Positions 11,531-25,054 of a stretch of 64,000 bases of DNA are shown here, one piece after another; position 1 is the first letter of the stretch; each line of letters starts with the position of its first letter. The DNA is taken from contig NC_043023.1 of NCBI RefSeq assembly GCF_006345805.1, positions 17,484,001 to 17,548,000 on the forward strand, written 5' to 3'. The position numbers and the translations under genes are program-made. The notes beneath the pieces are model-generated. The model was not told where the DNA came from. It was given only the letters and a program-made list of their open reading frames with translations, and made no database searches. Source of the DNA: Octopus sinensis (Eukaryota).

Positions 11531-12315
11531 AGGGCGAAGAATTTTTTACTTCAAAAATTAATATTTTATACGTTTTCTCAATTTACTTCCAGATTCAAGT
11601 GCTGGTTACGATACCCAAGAAGAAGCATTATAACTGGATAAGAAAAAATAAAAATACCAAAATATAAAAGTGTTTTCGAGAATCATTTTTGTTCATGTTT
11701 ATTCTTCATAAGGCTCATGTTTATTCTTCATAAGGCTCTTACCACACAGCCACTCCTGCGCCTAAATATTTTTGCTCAAATTGCAAAAATTCTTTTGTGT
11801 CTGGGGAGAGTCATTTTCTTTTTGTGCCTTGGTATTTAACACACTCACCGGTAAACTATTGAAAAGGTTGCAAGACGCAATGAAAATTTTAGGACAATAA
11901 AAATAAGAAAGCGGGTAAGACGGCGCCAGCACGTTGTTAAGGTTGGGAGAAGCAGCTGCTATTTCTAGCGTCCGGGTCGGGGTGTGTTGAAGGATCCATT
12001 ACCGCTGAAAAGTCTCCATCTGAGCGAAGAGAAGGTAGGTGCCTTATTTCGAATCTCTCGCATACACCACACTCTCAAGCGTCGACAGACAATCCACCGA
12101 CTTGCCTTCACGTTTGTGTTGTTCGTTGGAACGGTGGACCTGAGCTGCTATTTCTGAAATATTTAAGGTACCACTAGAAGGTATTACACAGGTAGTTCAG
12201 TGTAGACGTGGCAAATGAAGCGATTCTGTTAATGAAATAAAGGGGTTTCAACTTGTTCTTTCCGTAACTTATGGGGATATCATTATCGTCCTTTTCTGTC
12301 GGTTATTTCTTACTC

Positions 12316-13027
12316 GGATCTTTTCGGTTTGACCGGCAGTTTTTAACATAATTTCTAGTTAACTAAACACTTTTAAACTTCGTATGCTGGTAGAATGTGT
12401 TTATAAAACATCTTTTTCTCTTGGCTTTATTGAGAAAATTCTATGGTTTGTAAGATATTTGCGGTTTTTTTTCTTCAATTTCTGCAATTTCAACCAGTCA
12501 CTGACGTCTATTGAGGTAAAAAAAAACATTGTGCCATATGAATATGTCCCTCGTTTAAGAAACAGATTTGGTTTATTTACCTTTGTGAAGAAAAACAGAT
12601 ACCCTTCCCGGATCTCTTCGGTTTGACCGACAGTTTTTTCAAATAATTTCCACGTAACTAAAAAGTTTTAAACTTCGTATACTGGTAGAATATGTTTATA
12701 AAACATCTTTTTCTCTTGGCTTTATTGAGAAAATTCTATAGTTTGTAAGATATTTGTTGTTTTTTTTCTTCAATTTCTGCAATTTCAACCAATCACTGAC
12801 GTCTATTGAGGTAAAAAAAAAACATACTGTGCCGTATGAATATGTCCCTCGTTTAAGAAACAGATTGGGTTTATTTACATTTGTGAAGAAAATAAAAGAT
12901 ACCCTTCCCCCTAACGCTAACCCTAAAACAGATTGAAATCCAATAGATCGATACTAGGGTCATAATTATGGGTGACAATTTCATATGACACCGCTAGAAA
13001 AAACTGCCGGTCAAACCGAAAAGATCC
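12316..13027. mobile_element. MITE with GGATCTTTTCGGTTTGA(A/C)CGGCAG TIRs, internal duplication and TTAGGG-like motifs
   Basis: TIRs at 12316 and 13000-13027; family also at 38130-38669 and 60287-61262. Confidence 0.7.
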
Positions 13028-13072
13028 AAATGGTGTACTTGAGCTGCTATTTCTGAAATATTTAAGATATCA

Positions 13073-13462
13073 CTGTGGTAAGTAGCTTGTTTACCAACCA
13101 CATGGTTCCGGGTTCAGTCCCACTGCGTGGCACCTTGGGCAAGTGTCTTCTACTATAGCCTCGGGTCGACCAAAACCTTGTGAGTGGATTTGGTAAACGG
13201 AAACTGAAAGAAGCCCGTCGTATATATGTATATATATATTTATATATGCGCGTGTGTGTTTGTGTGTCTGTGTTTGTCCCCCTAGCATTGCTTGACAACC
13301 GATGCTGGTGTGTTTATGTCCCCGTCACCTAGCGGTTCGGCAAGAGAGACCGATAGAATAAGTATTGGGCTTACAAAAGAATAAGTCCCGGGGTCGAGTT
13401 GCTCGATTAAAGGCGGTGCTCCAGCATGGCCGCAGTCAAATGACTGAAACAAGTAAAAGAGT
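13073..13462 (+). mobile_element. SINE family A
   Basis: Slightly 5'-clipped copy. Confidence 0.8.
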
Positions 13463-14342
13463 AGGTGTTACACGGGTAGTTCAGTGTAGACGTGGCAAAT
13501 GAAGCGATTCTGTTAATAAAATAAAGGGGTTTCAACTTGTCCTTTCCTTAACTTGTGGGGATATCATTATCGTCCCTTAATCCGTCTGTCCTTGTTTGTC
13601 CCTTCTGTGTTTAGCCCCTTGTGGGTAGTAAAAAGTAATAAAAAAAAACAAAAAAATGGTCGTCCCTTCCTGTCAGTTATTTCTTACTCTTTAGATCCGC
13701 TGGCGGGATTCTGGTTCAAGTACCCCATGTAATCAGCTACTCATAATTTTGTTTTTTTCTGAGCTTTTCAGAATATTTTTACGAAATTATATTCTACACA
13801 CGGAAAATCATGCGATTATTAAAAGAAACAGTCAAACCAAAGCGTTTGACCCGGTCATAAAAACAAAAAGAAAATAGTGTAATAGGTGTAAAACAACTTG
13901 TTCTAAACGATTATCAAGAACATACACACACACACACACACACACAAAAGACTTCCACAGTTTCTATCTACCAAATCCTCTCACTGGGCACTGGTCAGCC
14001 TGGGGACAGGTAGAGTAGAAGGGACTTGCCCAAAGTGCCATGCAGTGGAACTGAACTTGAAACCATCTTAACCACACAGCCATGTCTGACAAAAAGAAAG
14101 AGAACCGTTGAGGTGGTCACGGCTAGGCTACCTTTGGTTCATAAGTTTACTTGCTTTAAGCAAACTTTTTGGCTAAACCACAACATGGAAAGATCAATGT
14201 AGTCCATAGCCAAAGAACCTCTCTTCTTTTTGTTAGGGAGATTTTAAACACAAGGGTTACTGTTTGGGGACGGGAGGTCTTATTTCCTTACTGTTATGGA
14301 TATCGCATTTTTCTTTTTTTTTACTGCTGATTTGTATTATAT

Positions 14343-15718
14343 ATATTTCTTTACTACCCACAAGGGGCTAAACATAGAAGGGACAAACAAGGACAGATAA
14401 ACGGATTAAGTCTATTATATCGACCCCAGTGCGTAGCTGGTACTTATTCAATCGACCCCGAAAGGATGAAAGGTAAAGTTGACCTCGCGGAATTTGAACC
14501 CAGAACGTAACGGCAGACGAAATACGGCTACGCATTTCGCCCTGCGTGCTAACGGTTCTGCCAGCTCGCTGCCCTGCAAAGTCGACCTCGGCGGAATTTG
14601 AACCCAGAACGTAACGGCAGACGAAATACGGCTACGCATTTCGCCCGGCGTGCTAACGGTTCTGCCAGCTCGCTGCCCTGCAAAGTCGACCTCGCCGGAA
14701 TTTGAACTCAGAACGTAACGGCAGACGAAATACGGCTACGCATTTCGCCCGGCGTGTTAACGTTTCTGCCAGCTCGCCGCCCTGCAAAGTCGACCTCGGT
14801 GGAATTTGAACTCAGAACGTTACGGCAGACGTAATACGGCTACGCAATTCATCCAGCGTGCTAACGGATCTGCCAGCTCGCTGCCCTGCAAAGTCGACCT
14901 CGCCGGAATTTGAACCCAGAACGTAACGGCAGACGAAATACGGCTACGCATTTTGCCCGGCGTGCTAAAGGTTCTGCCAGCTCACCGCCCTGCAAAGTCG
15001 ACCTCGCCGGAATTTGAACTCAGAACATAACGGCAGACGAAATACGGCTACGCATTTCGCCCGGCGTGTTAACGTTTCTGCCAGCTCACCGCCCTGCAAA
15101 GTCGACCTCGGCGGAATTTGAACCCAGAACGTAACGGCAGACGAAATACGGCTACGCTTTTCGCCCGGCGTGCTAACGGTTCTGCCAGCTCACCGCCCTG
15201 CAAAGTCGACCTCGGCGGAATTTGAACCCAGAACGTAACGGCAGACGAAATACGGCTACGCATTTCGCCCGGCGTGCTAACGGTTCTGCCAGCTCACCGC
15301 CCTGCAAAGTCGACCTCGGCGCAATTTGAACCCAGAACGTAACGGCAGACGAAATACGGCTACGCATTTCGCCCGGCGTGCTAACTGTTCTGCCAGCTCA
15401 CCGCCCTGCAAAGTCGACCTCGGCGGGATTTGAACTCAGAACGTAACGGCATACGAAATACGGCGACGCATTTCGCCCGGCGTGCTAACGGTTCTGCTAG
15501 CTCGCCGCCCTGCAAAGTCGACCTCGGCGGAATTTGAACCCAGAACGTAACGGCAGACGAAATACGGCTACGCATTTCGCCCGGCGTGCTAACGGTTCTG
15601 CCAGCTCGCCGCCCTGCAAAGTCGACCTCGCCGGAATTTGAACCCAGAACGTAACGGCAGACGAAATACGGCTACGCATTTCGCCCGGCGTGCTAACGTT
15701 TCTGCCAGCTTGCCGCCT
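14343..15718 (-). repeat. SINE family B with head amplified into ~12 tandem 104-bp units
   Basis: CAAAGTCGACCTC unit starts at 14577, 14681 and onward to 15617, spaced 104 bp; a single tail at 14343-14470. Confidence 0.9.
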
Positions 15719-15974
15719 TGCTGACTTGTATTATAGTCTTTGACTCAATTCAGCAGTGCCAAACCAAAAGTATAGAAACTATTATTTCACTTCAATGGTG
15801 TTGGTTAATGTAATGATAACAATAACTTCACCACACACACATTCAACTCCATAATAATAATAACAACAACAGATACTAAAGATGGTACCTTGGCCTTTTC
15901 TTTGATAATATATTTCTTGCTTATTTAAATTCAGTTCAATGCACACTTGCCTTCAACCAACCATTTCTCTTGTG

Positions 15975-16600
15975 TGTGTATGTGTGTTCTTCATAATCGT
16001 TTAAAACAAGTTGTTTTCCACCAATTACACTATTTTTTAATGTTTTTCCGGCCCGGGTCAAACACTATAGTTTAAGGGCCATAGACTGAAGATGTGAATT
16101 TTCCGAATCCTCCCCCCCCTGTTCGCGAGCGCGCATTTTTTTTTGTCAAATTCGTTTAGAGCAAGTTGTTTTACACCTATTACACTATTTTTTTTTTGTT
16201 GTTTTTGCGTCCGGGTCAGACCCTCAGACGCTTTCGGAAATTCACGATGTGAATTTTCCGAGGCCTTCCCCCACCCTTTCACGAGCGCGCATTTTTTGGT
16301 CATATTCGTTTAGAGGAAGTTGTTTTACACCTATTACACCAGTGCTTTTCAACCTTTTTGCTGGAGCGGAACCCCAAGGAAACATTCCACTGGCTCGAGG
16401 AACCCCTGTGCACTAATTTAATTGTCTTATGCACACATATCTGCACAGGAGAATTAAAAATTACTGTCGATTTTAGCATCTTTGTAACTTCTTGCGGAAA
16501 CCCTGGACTGTACTGGCGGAACCCTGGTTGAAAACCACTGTATTACACTATTTTTTTGTTTGTTTTTAAGACCGGGTCAAACGCTTTAGTTTAACAAAAA
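15975..16600. repeat. Tandem units of an unclassified dispersed repeat (AACAAGTTGTTTTACACCTATTACAC family)
   Basis: Three to four related units; inverted copy at ~13830-13920; related motifs at 39190-39260 and 42330-43020. Confidence 0.55.
16340..16540. mobile_element. hAT-type MITE with 8-bp TSD
   Basis: TIR CAGTG(C/G)TTTTCAACC...GGTTGAAAACCACTG; TATTACAC duplicated at 16332-16339 and 16541-16548; second copy from 63868. Confidence 0.85.
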
Positions 16601-16829
16601 AAAAAAAAAATTAAGCCTGCACCCTACTCCTACCCATAGATTCTAAAACTTCCGTTCTTTTCGAATTTTTTCAAATTAGGGTTTAAAACATGAACAGTCA
16701 GAATTTTATGATTGAATCCGAACATAAATGGACCACCCTTCAGTGTATGATCATTCCATTAAAAGTGTTCATGGAGAAAAAAAATATTGAAAAGCATCAA
16801 TACATGTTAAAGTGGCCAAGAAATGAAGA

Positions 16830-17188
16830 AGATATCAGGTGGTGATGGTGACCCCCTTTTGTCAGACACTGACCATGGGTTTGCACCTAGAGAGTTACCC
16901 TCTGAGGCACAAGTCTGGGCAAGGTTGTTTTTTTATGGAAGACCAGCAGTCGCCCGTGCATACCGGCCTCCCCTCTCCACGCCACCAATGCTATCCAAGG
17001 GAAAGAAAAGGGCCCGATACAGCTTGGCACCTGTGATGTCGCAACTCATTTCTACAGCTGTGTGAACTGGAGCAACGTGAAGTAAAGTGTCTTGCTCAAG
17101 AACACAACACACTGCCCTGTCCGGGATTCGAGCTCACAACCTCACGATCGTCAACTTGACGCTCTAACCACTGAGCCACGCGCCTTCA
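16830..17188 (-). mobile_element. tRNA-derived SINE (family E)
   Basis: Reverse complement begins GAAGGCGCGTGGCTCAGTGGTTAGAGCG...GAGCTCGAATCCC, with TCTTGAGCAAGACACTT core. Confidence 0.7.
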
Positions 17189-17615
17189 GGTGGTAGGGCA
17201 CTAAAAATAACAGCTAAATGGCCCTCAAGTCGTACACACACAATTTTCTTTTATATATTCGCTAAACTGCATATTCAATAATTAAAGAGTAATTTTTTGG
17301 TACTACTAGCGAACAGTGGTCCCGGTGCGCGCACTCGCGCAAGCTAGTTGTAAGTAGTCGATGCTACAACGACTTTTGAACCCTAACCTTAGTTTGTTTG
17401 TAAAACTAATGGCGATCTTTCGGTACAAGTACCATAACTGCCAATTATGAACCCACGTGGGTTTATTTACGCTTCTGAAGATAAAAGAAACCCTTTCCCC
17501 CACCCCTAACCCCACATATATATATATATATATAAACAAGTGGATGTATTCCACTGTAACTAGGTAAATTCTTCGAACAGAGGCGGTCAGTAGCGACACC
17601 TGCGGGTCTGACTAC

Positions 17616-17658
17616 GCTGCATTGATAAGGGGCAACAACCCTGAAACATGTCTGCAGC
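17616..17658 (+). ncRNA. Minimal type I hammerhead ribozyme motif (U3-A8 core variant)
   Basis: GCTGCA-TTGATAA-GGGG caacaa CCCT-GAAA-CATG-TC-TGCAGC: stem I 6 bp, stem II 4 bp, palindromic helix III ACATGT, GUC cleavage triplet. Confidence 0.65.
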
Positions 17659-18879
17659 TGTCTGACTAGCAGGATGAAGCGGCTGACCTCCCCTGTCCGA
17701 AGGTTGTGTGTCAAATAGCTAGCTAGAGGCGGTGGCCTCTTGGAGCTAATCAGCGACAGCTTTAGTCTTATATTTATAAAACTGCCATATTAGTATGGCG
17801 ATAACTATTAATTTCCAGTAACGCTGCCGTAATCTCTTTTAGAGAGACTTAGTAATTTTAATATATATATATATATCTCTTAGTAATTCTAATATATATA
17901 TATATATATCTTATTATAAAAGGCAGATTTTATCTGCCTCCCGTTGGGAGTTATACAAATCTACAATATAGGATTTCTTCAATTACAATTTACCTAGCAG
18001 TTTTAAGAGTACAATGCATCGCGTCATGCCAGGTCCAGTTTTTAAAATTTAAACTCCAATTAAGCAAAATTTACAGAAAACTCACATTCTGGTGTGTGTG
18101 TCAAATGCTTTTCTTAGTCTGGTTTACACCACACGCAAACGCACACACACAGTGTGCTACGAATAAAGTGAAACTAATTCAGTGAGTTGACAGGTAGACA
18201 ATAGAATGTGATGACGACTATGACGCTGATAGATACATGAGTAAAATGTATGGGAAGCTAACACATAAGAGTGAGTGAAAATGTTCTTGGAAGAGAGTAA
18301 ATAGCCAGAGAGTAATAAAGTAAACATACACTCATACATACATACATACATACACACACATACACACACACATACATACATACACACACACACACATACA
18401 TACATACATATACATACATACATACACACACACACATACACACACACACAGTATTGAAGCTTGAGAACAATCAGATACATCTGCAACACATCTGTTGAAA
18501 ATATTATTGTTCACACACATACATATACATATATACATACAGAGAGACAGACAGATAGACACACACACACACACACATGATCCAGCATGGCCACAACCTC
18601 AAGGCTGAAACGTATAAAACAATAACAGAATATAAATGTGTGCATGTGTGTGAGAGAGAGAGTGTGTGTGTATATGTATGTATGTATGTATGTATATATA
18701 TATATATAATAATGCGGTTTTTTCAACAGCTTGAACTAAATGTCAGAGGGGAATGGGATAAACTACTTATATTAACTTGCTATAAAAGCAGGTAGTAATT
18801 TTATCTTGTCCTTATTCATAGTGCAAGTTTTGAAAGTGCATTTCGATTTTAACAGCTATTTTTTTCAAAGCTATATTGA

Positions 18880-19290
18880 AGTAACAAAGGAGCATATTTG
18901 GCATATTTTGCTTTATGAGTTCAATAAAGACAACAACGCAACGGAAAGTACAAGAAATATTAATGCAGTATATGGGGATTGGACAATAAGCGTAAGGCAG
19001 TGTCAATGGTGGTTCCAGAAATTCTGAGCCATAAACTACAGCCTAGAAGACGAGCCTCATCCTGAAAGATCTGTAGAACTCGACAAGGACATCCTGAAAA
19101 CCCTGGTGGAACAAAATCTCATCGTAACTGTTGAGGAACTAGCAGAGAAGCTTGGATTTGGTCATTCAACCATTCATTGAGACCTGTGTGCTATCGGAAA
19201 AGTCAGCAAATTGGGTCAATGGGTTCTTCACGAACTTTCCGAGTCTAATTGCATGCAGAGAGTGAAGTATGCTTTTCTTTGCTGTCACAT
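18880..19290 (+). pseudogene. Mariner transposase N-terminal (HTH) fragment
   Basis: KEHIWHILLYEFNK...CQWWFQKF*...LEDEP...TVEELAEKLG...KLGQWVLHELS, with in-frame stops. Confidence 0.8.
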
Positions 19291-20252
19291 CTCACCACTA
19301 CTGCGCTATGTATATCTATATATATAAAACTGTAGTTGTGTGAGTGTCTGTCCCCTTCGATTTAGATTCCTAACTACTCCCACATTTTGCGGTGCAGTTT
19401 AACCAAATTCGGTAGCTTATAGTCGTGATTCATATCGAGCCCGTCTGACTATTAGCGCGCGTCAACGATGAGTCTACGATTTTAAAAATAATTTAACATC
19501 ATTTTTTATTCCATTTTTAATGCATAATTTTTCGTGTGTCGATGGCGGCGGAGTTGGCGTCCACGCTCACACCTGCACCTGTGGGGAAGGGAGTGTAAGG
19601 AAATCAACGTCGTAATGCGTTGTCAAGGAGACCAGCGTTCTTTTAGAACAACGACTTCATGGCTTGAAGACACAAAACAGAAATGGCTAAGAAAGCGTCT
19701 ACATGAGTCTACGATTTAAAAAAAATTTACCATAGTTTTTTTCCCATTTTAATAATGCATTTTTTCGCTATTATATAAGGGAAGTAACTCTCTAAAAATG
19801 TCTACGATGAGTCAACGATTTAAAAAAAAAATTTACCATCATATTTTTTCCATTTTTAATGCATTTTTTGCTATTTTTTGGCTATAACTCTCTAAAAATG
19901 CTTATATAGTTATTTCCCTTACAAACCCGAGCAACGCCGGGCGATACTGCTAGTATATATATATATATACAGGGAAAGTGACGGTCTTCTTCAAATGTAA
20001 ACAAACAGACTTGGCAGTTATGGTACTTGTACCGAAAGATCGCCAAAATGATTTGTTTACTTGGTTTAAAAAATTATTTACTTTGTTCGAAAAATATTAT
20101 TTAATTTTCTTTGATATGTATTCAGCTTTGAAATACAAACATACGCGCAAGTCGTTGTAGGATCGACTACTACCTGCGCGCACCAGGTCCATTGTTCGCT
20201 AGTAATACCAGTTTTTTTATTGAAACTTTAGATAATTTGATAATTACATATA

Positions 20253-20869
20253 CAGGGTGTCCCAGAAGTTGCGCACCACCCGGGTTTTTTAAAAGAATAC
20301 ACCCTTATTGATATCAAGAACACTTTATTGAAATTAATTGTAACAATAGGCGCAGGAGTGGCTGTGTGATAAGTAGCTTGCCTACCAACCACATGGTTCC
20401 GGGTTCAGTCCCACTGCATGGAACCTTGGGCAAGTGTCTTCTACTATAGCCCCGGGCCGACCAATGCCTTGTGAGTGGATTTGGTAGACGGAAACTGAAA
20501 GAAGCCCGTCGTATATACGTATATATATATATGTGTGTGTATGTTTGTGTCTGTGTCTGTCCCCCTAGCATTGCTTGACAACCAATGCTGGTGTGTTTAT
20601 GTCCCCGTTACTTAGCGGTTCGCCAAAAGAGACCGATAGGATAAGTACTAGGCTTACAAAAGAATAAGTCCCAGGGTCGAGTTGCTCGACTAAAGGTGCT
20701 GCTCCAGCATGGCCGCAGTCAAATGACTGAAACAAGTAAAAGGGTAAAGAGTAAATGCACAAATTGAGCGCCCTCTACAATAAAACATGCCGAGAAAATA
20801 TAATAAAATAAAATGCTTGAATTATTGTAAATGAAATCCAGAATGGTGCGTGACTTCTGGGACACCCTG
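20253..20869. mobile_element. Tc1/mariner-type MITE with nested SINE A (20348-20754)
   Basis: TIR CAGGGTGTCCCAGAAGT / ACTTCTGGGACACCCTG flanked by TA on both sides. Confidence 0.8.
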
Positions 20870-21045
20870 TATAACACGTACGTATATGAAACACATACAA
20901 GTCCCAAACCGAAGAAAACACAAATATAATCGAAGAAGGGGGGAAAAAGAAGGAAGAGAGAAAGAAATACTGTTTCAAAGATCACAAGGTTCAAATGAAG
21001 CTACTGAAGCAAACCAACACGCTCGCGGTATTACCACGGGAGGAG

Positions 21046-21751
21046 GGCGGCGAGCTGGCAGAAACGTTAGCGCGCCGGGCGAAATGCTTAGCAGTATTTC
21101 GTCTGCCGCTACGTTCTGAGTTCAAATTCTGCCGAGGTCGACTTTGCCTTTCATCCTTTCAGGGTCGATGTAATCGACTTAATCCGTTTATAAGGCGGCG
21201 AGCTGGCAGAAACGTTAGCGTGCAGGGCGAAATGCTTAGCGGCACTTTGTCTGCCGCTACGTTCCGAGTTCAAATTCCACCGAGGTCGACTTTGCCTTTC
21301 ATCCTTTCAGGGTCGATGTAATCGACTTAATCCGTTTATAAGGCGGCGAGCTGGCAGAAACGTTAGCGTGCAGGGCGAAATGCTTAGCGGCACTTTGTCT
21401 GCCGCTACGTTCCGAGTTCAAATTCCACCGAGGTCGACTTTGCCTTTCATCCTTTCAGGGTCGATGTAATCGACTTAATCCGTTTATAAGGCGGCGAGCT
21501 GGCAGAAACGTTAGCGTGCAGGGCGAAATGCTTAGCGGCACTTTGTCTGCCGCTACGTTCCGAGTTCAAATTCCACCGAGGTCGACTTTGCCTTTCATCC
21601 TTTTGGGGTCGATAAATTAAGTACCAGTTACGCACTGGGGTCGATATAATCGACTTAATCCGTTTGTCTGTCCTCTGTGTGTTTAGCCCCTTGTGGGTAG
21701 TAAATAAATAGGTATTACCACGGGGGAGGGCGGTGAGCTGGCAGAAACGTT
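21046..21751 (+). repeat. SINE family B with 148-bp tandem head/core units
   Basis: Unit starts 21046, 21194, 21342, 21490; tail to ~21711; head restarts at ~21729. Confidence 0.85.
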
Positions 21752-22027
21752 ACATCAAACAGGTGCTTGTTTTCTGTGAAAATCTTGTTTTTTTACGATT
21801 TTTTGACTGCTGTGTCACCATTTTTCGGTGTATTTCAACCATTGCTACACAATGCAAAATGTTTACTTCTCAAAAATTCCAATACTAAAGGGTCGAAACA
21901 AACCCGAGCAGCGCTGGGCAATACTGCTAGTAACATATAAATATAACAAATATATCATTTTAGAAATATTGAATTTCTAAATGCCTCAAAGAGACATGAG
22001 AAGTGGTGGAGCGATAGAGTGGTTGTA

Positions 22028-22257
22028 TACTGTCACCATAACGTGACAGTCCCGTAAGGGAATTACACCACCGCTGTTTAGCCCTAGGAAGCATCGACGC
22101 TAGGATTCCTAGCTGGTGGGGGTGCTTGCCTCCCCCTCTCCGCAAATATAAGGACGCAGGAAATGTGTGAAAGCCAACAGGAAGCGTCGATGCTTCCTAG
22201 GGCTAAACAGCGGTGGTGTAATTCCCTTACGGGACTGTCAGGTTATGTTGACAGTTA
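22028..22257. repeat. Fold-back element with perfect 58-bp inverted arms
   Basis: 22044-22101 is the exact reverse complement of 22183-22240; the arms extend imperfectly by ~16 bp. Confidence 0.9.
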
Positions 22258-22428
22258 TACAACCAAATATATCATTATTAATCACAAAACAATAAAATTA
22301 ACCTATTCTATACTCAAATCAAATATAAATATCATTATATATACTTATTATTTTTATGATATTTAAATAATATTTATATATTTTACAAAACTCAAAAAAA
22401 GCAAATCGTAACCACCCGGTTATGTATC

Positions 22429-22789
22429 TATTTCTTTACTACCCACAGAGTGGACAAACAAGGACAAAGGGATTAAGTCAATCACATCGACCCCAGTGCG
22501 TAACTGGTACTTAATTTATAGACCCCGAAAGGATGAAAAGCAAAGTCGACCTCGGCGAAATTTGAACTCAGAACGTAGCGGCAGACGAAATACCTAAGGA
22601 CAAACAGGGAGAGACAAACGGATTAAGTCGATAGTATCCACCCGTGTGTAACTGGTTCTTATTTAATCGACCCCGAAAGGATGAAAGGAAAAGTCGACCT
22701 CGGCGGAATTTGAACTCAGAACGTAACGGCAGACGAAATACGGCTACGCAATTCGTCCGACGTGCTAACGTTTCTGCCAGCTCGCCGCT
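22429..22789 (-). mobile_element. SINE family B (partially duplicated)
   Basis: Same head, core and tail as other family B copies. Confidence 0.8.
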
Positions 22790-23197
22790 TAATCAAATAT
22801 AAATATATATACCATAAAGCTACTTATTATTTTTATGATATTTAAATAATATTTATATATTTTACAAAACCCCAAAATTAGCAAAACGCAACCACCCGGT
22901 TATGTATCGTCATAAAATCAGATTTTATTGTCGCGATAGCAGTGTAAGGGAGATAACTCAAATACCAAAACTATTTGCTTTGATAATTTTATGAATTTGA
23001 GATTTCGTCCTGGTTCTATCGTAATTATTATAAAAATTGAAGTAATGTCTTTCCTGTAGTTGGTTGATAATCTTCCGCTACTCCGAGTCAAACCGGATCG
23101 AGCAAACTCACGGTCAAATAATATTTCTTCCGGTCTTTTTATGGGTATTTAGGGATATATTTTATATTAGGTCCTTTCCCCTTTCATGTAGGTATAA

Positions 23198-23774
23198 GGT
23201 ACTACTTGAGAACAGTGGTCTCGGTGCGCGCACTCGCGCTAGATAGTCATGACTAGTCGATCCTAAAACGATTACCTAGGAAAGTAAATAAAACAAAATA
23301 TTTTTTTTGCTGTGTGGTAAGTAGCTTGTTTACCAAGCAGATGGTTCCGGGTTCAGTCCCACTACGTGGCACATTGGGTACGTGTCTTCTATAGCCCCGG
23401 GCCGACCAATGCCCTGTGAGTGGATTTGGTAGACGGAAACTGAAAGAAGCCTGTCGTGTATATATATATATATATATGTGTGTGTTTGTGTGTCTGTGTT
23501 TGTCCCCCTAGCATTGCTTGACAACCGATGTTGGTGTGCTTACGTCTCCGTCACTTAGCGGTTCGGCAAAAGAGACCGATAGAATAAGTACTGGGCTTAC
23601 AAAGAATAAGTCCCGGGGTCGATTTGCTCGACTAAAGGCGGTGCTCCAGCATGGCCGCAGTCAAATGACTGAAACAAGTAAAAAAAAACTTTTTTTAAAA
23701 CAAAGTAAGGATCGACTAGTTATGACTAGCTAGCGCGAGTGCGCGCACCGGGACCACTGTTCTTAAATAGTACC
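23198..23774. mobile_element. GGTACTA-TIR MITE with nested SINE A (23309-23688)
   Basis: TIRs of ~70 bp (GGTACTA..GAACAGTGGTC.CGGTGCGCGCACTCGCGC); family also at ~17297, 20130-20208, 43207, 45540-46700, 47367-47635, 60127 and 62011-62257. Confidence 0.75.
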
Positions 23775-24099
23775 TAGGTATAATTTGGTTCGTGGTTGAT
23801 TTGGCTGCTTTCAGCACAGCGAGAAGGATTTCTTTTGCTACTTTACTTTTCTCTTTTCAAAAGAGTTTGATGTTATTTCTGTATTCATATTTTTTTGTAA
23901 CTTTCGAGAAAAAAAAAAAAAAAATGAACATCTTAATTTCACAAGAAATCCAAACTAAATCTATTGAAGCATATCGGTGAAACGGGATGGCTTATATTAA
24001 CAAGAGGGAATTTCTTTATTACCCATAAGGATTTACACAGATAGGGACAATACAACATGTTCTGGGGTCATGTGAATGAAATGGAATTGTGCAATGAAA

Positions 24100-25054
<955 letters not shown>

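Noticed and set aside
11985-12005. GAAGGATCCATTA resembling the 18S rRNA/ITS1 boundary
   Set aside because: Short imperfect match with no other rRNA-like sequence around it.
14470-15718. Regular repeats resembling a CRISPR array
   Set aside because: Contiguous 104-bp tandem units with no unique spacers, derived from a SINE head in eukaryotic DNA; no cas genes.
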